64,000 nucleotides of DNA from an uncultured Verrucomicrobiae bacterium (GCA_963815455.1 CAWFGO010000002.1:160001-224000); one strand, 5' to 3'. Positions 1 to 10,348 are shown, counted from the stretch's first letter. Notes: generated by a model from the sequence alone, not told the origin. A program made the numbers and translations.

Positions 1-2
1 TT

Positions 3-2138
3 TATGACGCCGCCAGTCGCCCTGCCAGTATCTCAACGTCCGCATATACTGTCGCGGGGGTCACGTTGCCGACAACGACCACCGCATTTGGCTACGACAA
101 CGCCAACAACCGAATTTACGAGGATCAGACCGTGGGCAATATTACCCGGCGCGTGCAAACCGATCCTGATGCCGACGGCAGCCGCAAAAACCTGTTGGTC
201 AAGACTGGCAGCACTATCAATTTTGCCAACTATTTCGACTACACCAGCCGAAACGAACTTCTCAACATCAAGGACAGCAGTCAAAATCCGTTCTTTAAGT
301 ATTTTTACGACGCCAGCGGTAATGTTACCCAACGACAAAATCAGCGCCTGTCCGGTGACTCGACAATGTTGCAGGACCATGCCATGAACCGGCCAATTCA
401 GTGCAACCAAAACCGGCCTGGCGCCACGAACTTTGCTGTTAGCCATTACGACTACACCAAGCGCGGCAATCTGCGGGACACTTGGCGTGATGAAGAAGGC
501 GGCAAAGGCGAATACTTCACCTACGACGACCTGAATCAGCTCCAGAGCGGCATGTATTCAGCCACAGGAGTCAAGCCGGGTCAGACTGCCTCCAACCCGG
601 CGATCAGCGTCGACTACACCTTGAGCAAACGGACGCGCAGCGGCGTGACCGTGATCGACAAAACCGTAAGTCCACAGACGACCACAACAACCAACTATAC
701 CAGCGTCGATCTCAATCAATATTCCAATATCACGGTGAACGGGGTTAATCGTCCGCTCAGTTGGGACAACAATTTCAATCTCATTACCTACAACGGCTGG
801 GCCTACAGCTATGACGCCGAAAATCGATTGATTTCGGTGAGTGGCAGCGGCCATAGCGCCACTTTCACCTACGACGCCGTGGGTCGCTGCGTGAAACGGG
901 TGGTCGACGGTGTGACCAGAATTTACACCTACGATCAGTGGACGCCCGTGGCCGAGTGGGACGGCAGCGGGAACCTGATCGCCACAAACGTTTACGGACT
1001 CGGCGATGACGAAGTCCTTTACCGCTCGGCCGGTTCCACTCAACTCTACTTCAAATCCGACCCGATGGGGAATGTGAAATTTCTATTGGATGCCAGCGGA
1101 AACGGAATTGAGAAGTATTCTTATGACGCGTTTGGCCAGGCTAAAATCACCGACTGGAATGGAGGCGCACGATCCGACAGCACTTATGGCAACCGGTTCA
1201 TGTACAGCGGCCGAGAGTTTTTCTCCGGCCTCGGCCTCTACGACATGCGCCACCGCGTTTACGACCCAAACATGGGCCGTTTCTATCAAACCGATCCCAT
1301 CGGCTTCGGAGGCGATCCGCTGAACCTGTATCGCTTCAGCGGCAATAACCCATTGCTCGGTGGTGATCCAATGGGCCTGTTTTCAATTGGTGGCGCTTTT
1401 ACTGCGGTCTGGAACACTCTGAGCAGTGCACATAATTACGTCTTCTCCCATTTGAATGTTGGTTCAGGAGAGGGCCACTCCTCGAGCAATCAGCCTGGAA
1501 TCAACTCCGATCCGCTCGGAGTCGGAGTTGGCCCAACCCTCAATGAGCCTTACAGCGGGAATTACTCTTGGAGCTATACTGCGACGGCAGGCACCTTCGC
1601 TGGCGGATCAAATCCCGGTTTGATTAGCTCGGATTACGCTGGAAGGTCCTCATCATCAACCGCCGCGGCTCTCCGTGTATTCACAAACGTCGGAAATGAA
1701 AATCCTATCGTCAGAGCAACACTCGCTCAAATGATGGGATCTCCACTAGCAGCCAAAACGCTAGCCCGCGCTGCGCAGCAAGGAAACGTCGATCTGGTAT
1801 TCAATACTGATCCTACAAAGTGGGGCTACTACAATGCGACCGTCTTCAATAAGGACACGAACAGACACACAATTTATTGGGATCCGCTAGCCTATTATAA
1901 GACAGCGGATGGCAGGGTCCTTCCCCCCGTCCTGCTGCTTGCACACGAAATTTTCCACACGACACAACCGAAAACATGGTGGTTTCGCAATCGTCCCTTT
2001 CTTCATTGGTGGGAGTATAGTGGTTACCCCGAATACGATGCCATTGTTAATTTCGAACAACCTGTAGCCGACGAGTTGGGTTTACCAAAACGCTTCTCTA
2101 GTTGGAAAGGGAGGTTTACTCACACTCCAAATCGTTAA
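3..2138 (+). CDS. RHS repeat-associated core protein (5'-partial) with C-terminal HExxH metallopeptidase-like toxin domain
   Basis: Frame is open from the window start (YDAASRP...). Many YD repeats, core ending DPIGFGGDPLNLYRFSGNNPLLGGDPMGL (~1379), then a divergent tail with LLLAHEIFH. Confidence 0.92.
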   Translation, partial: YDAASRPASISTSAYTVAGVTLPTTTTAFGYDNANNRIYEDQTVGNITRRVQTDPDADGSRKNLLVKTGSTINFANYFDYTSRNELLNIKDSSQNPFFKYFYDASGNVTQRQNQRLSGDSTMLQDHAMNRPIQCNQNRPGATNFAVSHYDYTKRGNLRDTWRDEEGGKGEYFTYDDLNQLQSGMYSATGVKPGQTASNPAISVDYTLSKRTRSGVTVIDKTVSPQTTTTTNYTSVDLNQYSNITVNGVNRPLSWDNNFNLITYNGWAYSYDAENRLISVSGSGHSATFTYDAVGRCVKRVVDGVTRIYTYDQWTPVAEWDGSGNLIATNVYGLGDDEVLYRSAGSTQLYFKSDPMGNVKFLLDASGNGIEKYSYDAFGQAKITDWNGGARSDSTYGNRFMYSGREFFSGLGLYDMRHRVYDPNMGRFYQTDPIGFGGDPLNLYRFSGNNPLLGGDPMGLFSIGGAFTAVWNTLSSAHNYVFSHLNVGSGEGHSSSNQPGINSDPLGVGVGPTLNEPYSGNYSWSYTATAGTFAGGSNPGLISSDYAGRSSSSTAAALRVFTNVGNENPIVRATLAQMMGSPLAAKTLARAAQQGNVDLVFNTDPTKWGYYNATVFNKDTNRHTIYWDPLAYYKTADGRVLPPVLLLAHEIFHTTQPKTWWFRNRPFLHWWEYSGYPEYDAIVNFEQPVADELGLPKRFSSWKGRFTHTPNR

Positions 2139-2152
2139 TCAAGTGGTGCCCG

Positions 2153-2737
2153 ATGAAATGTAGTTCGATTGAAATTTGGACGCTAATGCTCGCTGCTGCC
2201 GGGAGTCTTCTTGTCGGTTGTCACGACAACGCTTTGGAGCCGGTCGTAGATACATTGCAGCGATCGCTCAAAGATGGAACGGTCATTCGTATGAGGGTGA
2301 ACCACGTTCCATATTTCACCATTTCAGGGCCAATTCAGCCTTACCAAATGCATGATGGCGGCTTGGAAATATCCTCCGATACAGTTCCCGGTCCGTTTGA
2401 AAGCCTAAGCCGAGCACTACAAGAAGTGACTGCGACGCCTGTCCATCATCCACCGGATGTAATTCATGGACAATCGACAATTCGCTGGGAGGGCCAGATT
2501 AACTTTCCAGTTGATGTTCGTTGGAGCTGTATTCTGTATGACAAGAATGGTAACGAAATCGGCTCTATCTTCCTCGGTAGACGCTCGTGGTGGGGAAACG
2601 GCAATATGGGAATTGTGAATGGCAAACTCCTGAATCTCAACGGCGTCTTATCTTCTTGGTTTGAGGATAATTTTCTGAAACTGTTTGATGAACGGTTCCC
2701 GGTTCCTGAAAGCCCGTCACCGAGTTTGTCGAGATGA
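2153..2737 (+). CDS. Putative immunity lipoprotein of the RHS toxin
   Basis: ORF begins 14 nt after the RHS stop. Hydrophobic N-terminus ends in lipobox-like LLVGC. The ATG at 2153 was chosen over TTG at 2102. Confidence 0.55.
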   Translation: MKCSSIEIWTLMLAAAGSLLVGCHDNALEPVVDTLQRSLKDGTVIRMRVNHVPYFTISGPIQPYQMHDGGLEISSDTVPGPFESLSRALQEVTATPVHHPPDVIHGQSTIRWEGQINFPVDVRWSCILYDKNGNEIGSIFLGRRSWWGNGNMGIVNGKLLNLNGVLSSWFEDNFLKLFDERFPVPESPSPSLSR

Positions 2738-2850
2738 TGCACGACAGAAAGACCTTCTTCTGGAAGAAGCAGCACGGCAGAAAGGGGCTGGCTGGCCTTG
2801 CTTTGATTTGCCGGACAGGGTCGTGGAGCCCAGCCGGAGCACGGGAAAGA

Positions 2851-2873
2851 CCGGGATCAGCGATCCCGGCTAC
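2851..2873. repeat. GTAG-tagged REP-like palindrome
   Basis: ccgggatcagcgatcccggctac; near-identical to 30278-30301. Confidence 0.75.
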
Positions 2874-2907
2874 AAGTGGGCCTTGTCTAGCGTCTTGACG
2901 GGATAAA

Positions 2908-2944
2908 TTGAGCGTTGGACGTTGGGCATTGGACGTTGGACGTT
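2908..2944. repeat. Degenerate 7-mer tandem repeat (TTGGACG)
   Basis: ttgagcg ttggacg ttgggca ttggacg ttggacg just upstream of rpe; a similar run lies at ~28490-28512. Confidence 0.7.
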
Positions 2945-2951
2945 TTCTTCA

Positions 2952-3614
2952 ATGCAGAAAATCATTGTCGCGCCCTCCATTCTCGCATCCGATTTTTCCA
3001 AACTGGCGGATGAACTCCGGCGCGTCGAGGAGGCCGGCGCCGACTGGATCCATTGCGATATCATGGACGGCCATTTCGTGGACAACATTTCTTTCGGACC
3101 GGCGATCGTCGGTTTCGTGCGTAAACACACGCGACTTCCACTCGATGTCCATTTGATGATCGAGCATGCCGACCATTATGTGCCGCGTTTTGTCGAAGCA
3201 GGGGCGAATTCAATTACCGTCCACGTCGAGCCGGAAGCGAAGCACAACGTCGCGGAGACGCTACATCAAATTCGCAAGGCCGGTTGTCGAGTCGGACTGA
3301 CTCTGAATCCGGCGACGCCCTTTGAACAGCTCGAACCGTTTCTCGATAAGATCGACATGTTGCTGGTGATGACAGTTCATCCCGGGTTTGGCGGACAGTC
3401 CTTCCGATCGGATCAAATGGAAAAAGTGAAACGAGCTGCGGAATGGAACAAATCGCGGGAGCGTAAGATCGACATCGAAGTCGATGGCGGCATCAATCCC
3501 GAGACCGCGCGCATGTCGATCCAAAACGGCGCCAATGTTCTCGTCGCCGGCACGTCGATCTTTCGCGCGCATGATTACGCGAAGGCGATTCGCGATTTGC
3601 GCGGGTCTGGATAG
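2952..3614 (+). CDS. rpe: Ribulose-phosphate 3-epimerase
   Basis: APSILASDF, HCDIMDGHFV, DVHLM, PGFGGQ, EVDGG motifs. Confidence 0.97.
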   Translation: MQKIIVAPSILASDFSKLADELRRVEEAGADWIHCDIMDGHFVDNISFGPAIVGFVRKHTRLPLDVHLMIEHADHYVPRFVEAGANSITVHVEPEAKHNVAETLHQIRKAGCRVGLTLNPATPFEQLEPFLDKIDMLLVMTVHPGFGGQSFRSDQMEKVKRAAEWNKSRERKIDIEVDGGINPETARMSIQNGANVLVAGTSIFRAHDYAKAIRDLRGSG

Positions 3615-3628
3615 CGCACGTGCTCCTG

Positions 3629-3776
3629 TCCGGGGAGCACAGGCTGCCAGCCTGTAGTTGCCGGCAGCTTGCCGGCAACGCTCTGCAACGCTCAACGCTC
3701 TCGAAAGGCACACGAATCAAGAAGCAGTCTCGGCAAGCTGCCGAGACTTACAGGCTGGCAGCCTGTGCTCCCCGGA
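3629..3776. repeat. REPIN-like long inverted repeat (CAGGCTGCCAGCCTGT family)
   Basis: tccggggagcacaggctgccagcctgta ... tacaggctggcagcctgtgctccccgga with inner palindromes, between convergent rpe and gspE. Confidence 0.85.
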
Positions 3777-3792
3777 ATAGAAGCTCTCGCTC

Positions 3793-5532
3793 CTACCCGC
3801 CCATTACCGGCTCGGCTTCGGCCGCCGTTTCGGCCATCACTTCGTCGGTCTGGGTAACGCGCACGACTTCTTCAATGGTTGTTTTGCCCTGCGAAACGCG
3901 GCGCCAGCCGTCCTCCCGCAAAGTCTCCATGCCCTCGGCAATCGCGCAGTGCTTCAGCTCGCCGCCGTCACATTTTCGCATGATCTTCTTCCGCAACGGC
4001 TCGGTCACCACGCAGATTTCATAGATCGCGGCGCGGCCTTGATAACCGGTCTGCCGGCATTGATCGCACCCTTTGCCGCGCAAAAACTTGGTGCCATGTT
4101 CCTTTATCGGAAATCCGATCTCGGTAAGATAATCCGGCGGATACGCGACCGTCTCGGCGCAGTCCGGACAGATTGTGCGCACGAGACGTTGCGCGATGAA
4201 AGCCTTCACCACCGAGGCGAGGAGGAACGGCTCCACGTCCATGTCGAGCAGGCGGGTGATGCCGCCGACGGCATCGTTCGTGTGCAGTGTGCTGAAAACA
4301 AGGTGACCGGTCATGGCCGCGCGAATGGCAATGTCGGCTGTCTCAACGTCGCGAATTTCACCGACCATTACCACGTTCGGATCCTGGCGCAGAATGTGCC
4401 GAAGGCCCTTGGCAAAGGTGAGATCTATTTCCGGTTTCACGTCGATCTGCGACACACCCGGCAACCGGTATTCCACTGGTTCCTCGATGGTAATGATGCG
4501 GCGCTGCACTGAATTGATGCTGCTGAGAAAGCAATAAAGCGAAGTCGATTTTCCGCATCCAGTGGGGCCGGTCAGCAAAATGATTCCGTTCGGCTGGGCC
4601 AACAGATGCCGAATGATTTCCTCCTGTTTCGGGCTCAGATCCAGTCGCTCGAAGTTGAATTGCTGTTCCCCGCGGCTGAGCAATCGCAAGCTGATCGATT
4701 CGCCGTTGACGGTGGGAATGGTCGAGACGCGCACGTCGATTTCCTGGCGATTGGCGTGCAGATTCATCCGGCCGTCCTGGGGCAGACGCCGTTCGGCAAT
4801 GTCCATGTGCGACATCACTTTCAGGCGTGAGATGATGGCCGATTGCAACACACGAAGCTGTGGCGGAACCGCAACCTCATGCAAAATGCCGTCAATCCGG
4901 TAACGAATCCGCAAATCGTTCTCGAGCGGCTCCACGTGAATGTCCGTGGCCCTCTCAATGATCGCCTCGCGAATAATCTGGTTCACAAACTTCACTACCG
5001 ACGCTTCCGGATCATCATCATTGAGCTCAATGGCGGTTTCACTATCGTGAAGCACCTCGAATGCGCGATTGGTCTTCAGAATCTCGTCGAATGTCTCCGC
5101 GCCGACGCCGTAGAGCGTTTTCATCGCGCGCAGAAGCTGCGTGCGCGGCACCAGAACCCATTCGGCCGGTTTTTTCAGAAGCTGCGAGGCAAGCTGGCGC
5201 CCGATGGAATTGAAAAGATCATACGTCGCCAGCACAACCGCGTTTTCCTTCACCTCGATTGGCAGAATGTGATGTTGAAAAACAAAACGGCTGGGCAGGA
5301 TCGACAACGTCTCCCGGTCGATCTTCTTTGGGTCGAGCGTGATCACCGGGACGCGGAAGAAATTTCCGATCACGCTTAGGAACCGTTGCTCGTCCACTTT
5401 TCCGGAATCGAGCACCTGACTCGTCCAGGAGCCGCCATTGAGGCCGGAAACGAGCTCGACCGCTTCCTCGCGCGAGGGCACACCGCTGGCGACAAGCAAA
5501 TCGATAACTGACTGGCTGACCGGCGCGCTCAC
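3793..5532 (-). CDS. gspE: Type II secretion system / pilus assembly ATPase (GspE/PilB family)
   Basis: TDIHVEP, RLPQDGR, Walker A GPTGCGKS, LRQDPNVVMVGEIRD, STLHTND, two CxxC pairs. Confidence 0.93.
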   Translation of the reverse strand: MSAPVSQSVIDLLVASGVPSREEAVELVSGLNGGSWTSQVLDSGKVDEQRFLSVIGNFFRVPVITLDPKKIDRETLSILPSRFVFQHHILPIEVKENAVVLATYDLFNSIGRQLASQLLKKPAEWVLVPRTQLLRAMKTLYGVGAETFDEILKTNRAFEVLHDSETAIELNDDDPEASVVKFVNQIIREAIIERATDIHVEPLENDLRIRYRIDGILHEVAVPPQLRVLQSAIISRLKVMSHMDIAERRLPQDGRMNLHANRQEIDVRVSTIPTVNGESISLRLLSRGEQQFNFERLDLSPKQEEIIRHLLAQPNGIILLTGPTGCGKSTSLYCFLSSINSVQRRIITIEEPVEYRLPGVSQIDVKPEIDLTFAKGLRHILRQDPNVVMVGEIRDVETADIAIRAAMTGHLVFSTLHTNDAVGGITRLLDMDVEPFLLASVVKAFIAQRLVRTICPDCAETVAYPPDYLTEIGFPIKEHGTKFLRGKGCDQCRQTGYQGRAAIYEICVVTEPLRKKIMRKCDGGELKHCAIAEGMETLREDGWRRVSQGKTTIEEVVRVTQTDEVMAETAAEAEPVMGG

Positions 5533-7937
5533 TTTTCTTTTACGGGGGGAAGATCAGGCGGAGGAAGTTGTTTTTCGGAGGATTCGTATTCCTCCTCGTC
5601 TTGGCCCTGATTGAGCGGCGGCTGTTTGTCCAGTTCCTTATTAAGCGCCATTTTCTCCTTCGTCGTCTGACGTAGTCGGTATAGATCGAGCTTGGTCAGC
5701 GTCACTTCCGGTCGCATCAGAATGATGAGTTCCGTGCGCATCTTATTTTGCGTCGTGCTCCGGAACAGATACCCGAGCAAAGGAATACGGTCTAAAACGG
5801 GAACGCCGTTATAATTCTTCTGTTTGCTATCGGTAATAAGGCCGCCTAAAACGATCGTAGATCGGTTAGGCGCCGCCACCGTGGTGCGAATGTACCGCGT
5901 GGCGATGTTTGGAATTTGATTGCCGTCCACAGTGGTTGATCCGGCCAGACTGTCGATCTTCTGCAGGATATCCAGCGACACTTCGTTTTCCGAGTTGATC
6001 AGCGGGACAACTTCAAGTTGAAGCGCGACTTTCTTAAACTGAATGTTCGACTGTTGCGCCACGCCACCAACCACATTTTGATTCGTCGAAAGCGTACTAA
6101 CAGGCACTGGAATTTCCGTTCCTGAAGCAATGATCGCTTTCTTGTTGTTGCTCGTGAACACCATCGGCCGCGAAATGACCCTGAAGTTACCTGTCGAGTT
6201 GAGCGCATGCACAACCGCGGCAAGGGTGTTTCCGGCAGCGAGATAAATATTTGTGCCGCTAGCCGCGTGCTGCGCGAGCTGAGTGAAACTGATCAAGTTC
6301 GCGGGATCGAAAATATTTCCACCAGTGCTGGTCGTAATTGGGGTTCCGCCGGGACTGGGACCGGGTGAGCTCGTGCTGGTACCACCTCCAGCGATCGGAG
6401 GAATTCCAGTATTATTGGTGGTGCCCACTGTGTCCAAGCCTCGGCGATGCCTCAGAAAATAATCGACGCCGAATTCTTCATCGTTACTCAGAGTGAGTTC
6501 GCCGATTACCGTGCTGAGCGCGACCTGCGGCGCGCTTATGTCCATCTCATCCAGAATTTTTTGCACTTTGACAACCACTTCCCGATTGCCGAGCACGATG
6601 ATCGCATTGGCGCGCTGGTCGGCGATGATCTTCGCATTGCCGATCGTGACCGCTTTCGGAGTGGTATCGACAGCATTGGTGGAAAGCTCTTCCGAGATGT
6701 TGAGAGTGCCTTCGCCGGAACTGCCGCCGGTTCCGTTCAGACCCGTCGACGACGGCGAATTGCGTTGCCGTTGCTGCTGTTGTTGCTGCTGAGGTTGCAA
6801 CCCTTGCGCGCCCGCGGCCGCTCCACCGGCTCCCTCCGCGCCCGGCTCGGTTAGAGCCTGCACCAGCACCGGAAGGACGTCGCCTGCCGAAATGTATCTC
6901 AATGGCCTGGTAACTGGCTTGGCGAATTCCACGTTGGCATCGAACTGCGCCACCAACTTGCGGACAAAGGGCATGTTGATCGGCCGCGTCACCACGTGGA
7001 TCCGGTTCGTCCGCACATCCGCCGTGAGTTTGATCTTGCCTACTACCACCGCGTCTTCGGTCAGCGCGGTTAGCGACCCGAGCTCGCTTTCGACTTTTTC
7101 CACTTGCGGCACAGGCTGAACCCGCACCCCCCGCACGCCGGGCCCGGGTTGCGGTTGGACGCCCGGTGGCTGCGCGCCTTTTTCGAAAATTTCCTTCAAT
7201 AGATCGACAACCTTGCTCGCGTCGGCGCGGTCCAGCTTGATGAACTCACTCACGACTTCCGCCGGCGGGATGTCCACCTGGTCGATGATCTTCACCAGTT
7301 TGCGTATCACGGCTGTGTTTTCGGTAACGAGGAGACTGCCCGATTTCGGCAGGGCCAGGAACGACGTATACGTGCCACTCGGCGGCGATAAGTATTGCCC
7401 CAGTACCTGCTGCAATTCCTGCGGGTCGGCGTAATGCAATCTGAACAGGTAACTCACTACGTGTTCGCCCGGCGGAATTTCCGATTCGTCGGAAAGGACG
7501 GGGATACCAGCGGTGCGAGGATTTTTCCCGGTCCCGATCACCTTCACGATATCGTCCGCCGCCGGCACCAGGGAAAAGCCGTTCATGAGCAAATTCATCT
7601 CGATAATTTGAATCGCTTCTTCGCGGGGAATTTTCTTGGCGATGAAAATGTTCACTTTGCCCTGGACGAAGTTATCCATGACCATCTTCTTGCCCGTGAG
7701 CTGCTCGTAAAGACGGAGGACGTCGGCCACATCGCTGTTAGGGTACTGCAGCTGAACCATGTCGGGAGCGCCTGGTGGGGCCGTGGCGGGTACCTGCACG
7801 GGCTGCGGCGCCGCCACGATGGGCCGAACGGCTGGCGGGGGCGGCGTAGGCGTATCTTCTTCGTCCTCGTCTTCCTGGGCGAAAGTGACGGCCATCGCGG
7901 CGAGTAGCACGCCGATTACGTAGAAAGATTTCAACAC
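5529..7937 (-). CDS. gspD: Type II secretion system secretin
   Basis: Signal peptide, N0-N3-like domains, secretin C-terminus (VLGGLI, GVPVLDRIPLLGYLFRS); overlaps the gspE start. Confidence 0.92.
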   Translation of the reverse strand: MLKSFYVIGVLLAAMAVTFAQEDEDEEDTPTPPPPAVRPIVAAPQPVQVPATAPPGAPDMVQLQYPNSDVADVLRLYEQLTGKKMVMDNFVQGKVNIFIAKKIPREEAIQIIEMNLLMNGFSLVPAADDIVKVIGTGKNPRTAGIPVLSDESEIPPGEHVVSYLFRLHYADPQELQQVLGQYLSPPSGTYTSFLALPKSGSLLVTENTAVIRKLVKIIDQVDIPPAEVVSEFIKLDRADASKVVDLLKEIFEKGAQPPGVQPQPGPGVRGVRVQPVPQVEKVESELGSLTALTEDAVVVGKIKLTADVRTNRIHVVTRPINMPFVRKLVAQFDANVEFAKPVTRPLRYISAGDVLPVLVQALTEPGAEGAGGAAAGAQGLQPQQQQQQQRQRNSPSSTGLNGTGGSSGEGTLNISEELSTNAVDTTPKAVTIGNAKIIADQRANAIIVLGNREVVVKVQKILDEMDISAPQVALSTVIGELTLSNDEEFGVDYFLRHRRGLDTVGTTNNTGIPPIAGGGTSTSSPGPSPGGTPITTSTGGNIFDPANLISFTQLAQHAASGTNIYLAAGNTLAAVVHALNSTGNFRVISRPMVFTSNNKKAIIASGTEIPVPVSTLSTNQNVVGGVAQQSNIQFKKVALQLEVVPLINSENEVSLDILQKIDSLAGSTTVDGNQIPNIATRYIRTTVAAPNRSTIVLGGLITDSKQKNYNGVPVLDRIPLLGYLFRSTTQNKMRTELIILMRPEVTLTKLDLYRLRQTTKEKMALNKELDKQPPLNQGQDEEEYESSEKQLPPPDLPPVKEK

Positions 7938-8047
7938 GGTCGTATTTACTTGTTCACCCTATCACGGTCAACCCGCTTCGCCTATGGGAAACAGGTGCCC
8001 CAGTTCTACTGGACAGCTTAAGCGCCGAAGCCTTAGAAAAATCGACC

Positions 8048-8497
8048 ATGGCTCGCAAAATGGTTCCATTCATTGTAACCTCGATCCTCCTGGGAGCAGC
8101 AAGCGTTCCCTTGCTTGCCTCCCGATTGGCTACCGACGATATCCGGGCCGTAATTCGAGACCAGCAAGATGCTTGGAATCGGGGCGACATCGACGGATTC
8201 ATGAATGGTTACGCTCGGACAGGATCGACAACGTTCGTTTCCGAGGACACCGTCACGCGTGGCTGGCAAACCGTTCGCGATCGTTACAAAAAGAAATATT
8301 CCGATCGCGCGAAAATGGGCACGCTCACGTTTTCCGATCTTGAGATCACGCTTTTGTCAGGGGATTGGGCTGTCGCCCTTGGCCGGTGGAAATTGACCCG
8401 GGAAAAGGATCAGCCACACGGAAGGTTCACGCTCATCTTCCGGCGCCTACCCGAAGGCTGGAGAATCGTCCACGATCACACCAGCGCGGCGAAATAA
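8048..8497 (+). CDS. Secreted NTF2-like / DUF4440 family protein
   Basis: AWNRGDIDGFMNGY ... GWRIVHDHTS with an N-terminal signal peptide. Confidence 0.85.
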   Translation: MARKMVPFIVTSILLGAASVPLLASRLATDDIRAVIRDQQDAWNRGDIDGFMNGYARTGSTTFVSEDTVTRGWQTVRDRYKKKYSDRAKMGTLTFSDLEITLLSGDWAVALGRWKLTREKDQPHGRFTLIFRRLPEGWRIVHDHTSAAK

Positions 8498-8516
8498 ATT
8501 TACGACGCACCAAAGT

Positions 8517-8819
8517 TGTCATCCCGAGCGCAGCGAGGGACCTCGCACTCGCACGAAACCGGATCAAGCAACACTGAGTCGTAATCGACTGGTTGCTCGC
8601 GAACGTTGTCCCTCCTCGCGAGATCCTTCGTTTCACTCAGGATGACAAGCATGTGATCGCGCTTTTCGCAGGCGCGTCCCCTTCCTCTGTCATCCCGAGC
8701 GCAGCGAGGGACCTCCCGTTCGCAGGAAACCCGATCAAGCAACACCGAGTCGTGATCGCTTCGTTGCTCGCGGGCGTTGTCTCTTTCTCGTGAGATCCTT
8801 CGCTTCGCTCAGGATGACA
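8517..8819. repeat. Two tandem GTCATCC-type (CGTC-class) REP doublets
   Basis: Units 8517-8647 and 8688-8819, each tgtcatcccgagcgcagcgagggacctc ... gagatccttcg...ctcaggatgaca, with homologous spacers. Confidence 0.9.
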
Positions 8820-10209
8820 GCCGCGCGAGCAGTTTCTCGTGAATATTGTCAAAACCTCCGTTGCTAAAGACAACTACGATATCTTTCGGCTGCAACATCG
8901 GCACAATCTTTTCGACAATCGCATCCGCGTTTGCCTCGTAAAAAGCCGGCCGCCCGGATTGCGCGATAGAATCGACAACCGCCATTGGATTCAGGCGATC
9001 CTCCGCAGGAATTTGTTCGAGTCTCGCCACTTGGGCGATGAAAACACCGTCCGCCAATCCCAACGCCTCGGGGAGCTGCTGCTGAAAAACGGCGCGGCGC
9101 GTGGTATTCGATCGCGGCTCGAACACCGCCCAGAGCCGCCGGCCGGAATAGCGCTGACGCAGTCCCTGAAGCGTTTGGTAAATCGCCGTCGGATGATGCC
9201 CAAAATCGTCGATCACTATCACGCCCCGCGCTTCCCCACGCACTTCCTGCCGCCGCGCAATCCCGGAAAAACTCCTGAGCGCTTTGTCGATCTTCTCTTT
9301 CGGCACATCGTAGAATCGCGCCGCCGACGCCGCCATTGCGGCATTGCGCACATTAAATTCACCGATGAGCGGAATCGTAAAAACGTCATCGCCCAGCTTA
9401 AACCGCGAGCTGCCCGCTGAATAAGCGACGTCTTCAATTCGTTCCGCGCAATTCTTCGAGAATCCGATCTCGATCATCTGGGCCCGGCATTCCCTGGCCA
9501 CATCGACGCAATTTGGATCATCGCCATTGAGCAACACCATCCCGTTTTCCGGAACGATCCGCAGCAAGTGACGGAAGCTGGTCTTGATATCGTCGATGTC
9601 CTTGAAAATATCGGCGTGATCGAACTCGATATTGTTCACAATCACCAATTCGGGTAGGTAATGGACGAATTTCGAGCGCTTGTCGAAAAATGCGGTGTCG
9701 TATTCGTCGCCTTCGATCACGAAAAATTTGGACTCGTTCAACCGCGCGCCTTCCCCAAAATTTTTCGGGATTCCGCCAATCAAAAATCCGGGTTCGCGAC
9801 CTGCGGTTTCCATGATCCAGGCCAGGATCGACGTTGTGGTAGTTTTTCCATGCGTGCCGGTGACAACCAAATTGTGCCGCCCGCGCAGGAAATAATTTCT
9901 CAAAACTTCCGGCAGCGACAGATAGAACAGCTTGCGATTGAGCACCGCTTCGACTTCCGGATTGCCACGCTTCATGGCATTGCCGATCACCACCACATCG
10001 GCGTCGTCCGGAATATTCTCCGCCCGAAAGCCTTCGCTCAGCACAATTCCTTTTTCCTCCAGGAAGATCGACATCGGCGGATAAACATTTTCATCCGAGC
10101 CACTCACCTCGAACCCACGCTCGCGCAACGCCGCCGCCACTGAACCCATCGCCGTCCCGCAAATGCCAAGAAAATGAAACGTGGCATCGGCTTGCAGCCG
10201 ATGGGACAT
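8809..10209 (-). CDS. mpl: UDP-N-acetylmuramate:L-alanyl-gamma-D-glutamyl-meso-diaminopimelate ligase
   Basis: HFLGICGTAMG, GTHGKTTT, EGDEYDTAFFDKRSKF, DDFGHHPTAI, FEPRSNT, FSNGGF. Start position uncertain. Confidence 0.93.
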   Translation of the reverse strand: MSHRLQADATFHFLGICGTAMGSVAAALRERGFEVSGSDENVYPPMSIFLEEKGIVLSEGFRAENIPDDADVVVIGNAMKRGNPEVEAVLNRKLFYLSLPEVLRNYFLRGRHNLVVTGTHGKTTTTSILAWIMETAGREPGFLIGGIPKNFGEGARLNESKFFVIEGDEYDTAFFDKRSKFVHYLPELVIVNNIEFDHADIFKDIDDIKTSFRHLLRIVPENGMVLLNGDDPNCVDVARECRAQMIEIGFSKNCAERIEDVAYSAGSSRFKLGDDVFTIPLIGEFNVRNAAMAASAARFYDVPKEKIDKALRSFSGIARRQEVRGEARGVIVIDDFGHHPTAIYQTLQGLRQRYSGRRLWAVFEPRSNTTRRAVFQQQLPEALGLADGVFIAQVARLEQIPAEDRLNPMAVVDSIAQSGRPAFYEANADAIVEKIVPMLQPKDIVVVFSNGGFDNIHEKLLARLSS

Positions 10210-10348
10210 CGACAAGATGTCGATGCCACGACGAGATTTCTTGGGCACCTTTTTCACGCCGATTCTTTACCCCGCGCAGAGAGAAAGACAAACCAACCGT
10301 GGCGAAGCGATTTCGCGCAGACCCGATTAATGGCGCCTTTTTTCCCGC

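Noticed and set aside
3620..4024. ORFs across the rpe-gspE gap
   Set aside because: Translations of the REPIN palindrome and antisense of gspE.
6765..6800. Poly-Gln tract in GspD as a phase-variation site
   Set aside because: Mixed CAG/CAA codons in a low-complexity loop; length changes would stay in frame.
8517..8819. Possible CRISPR array or small ORFs (8433-8873)
   Set aside because: Alternating inverted arms with homologous spacers indicate REP doublets; the ORFs are translations of the palindromes.
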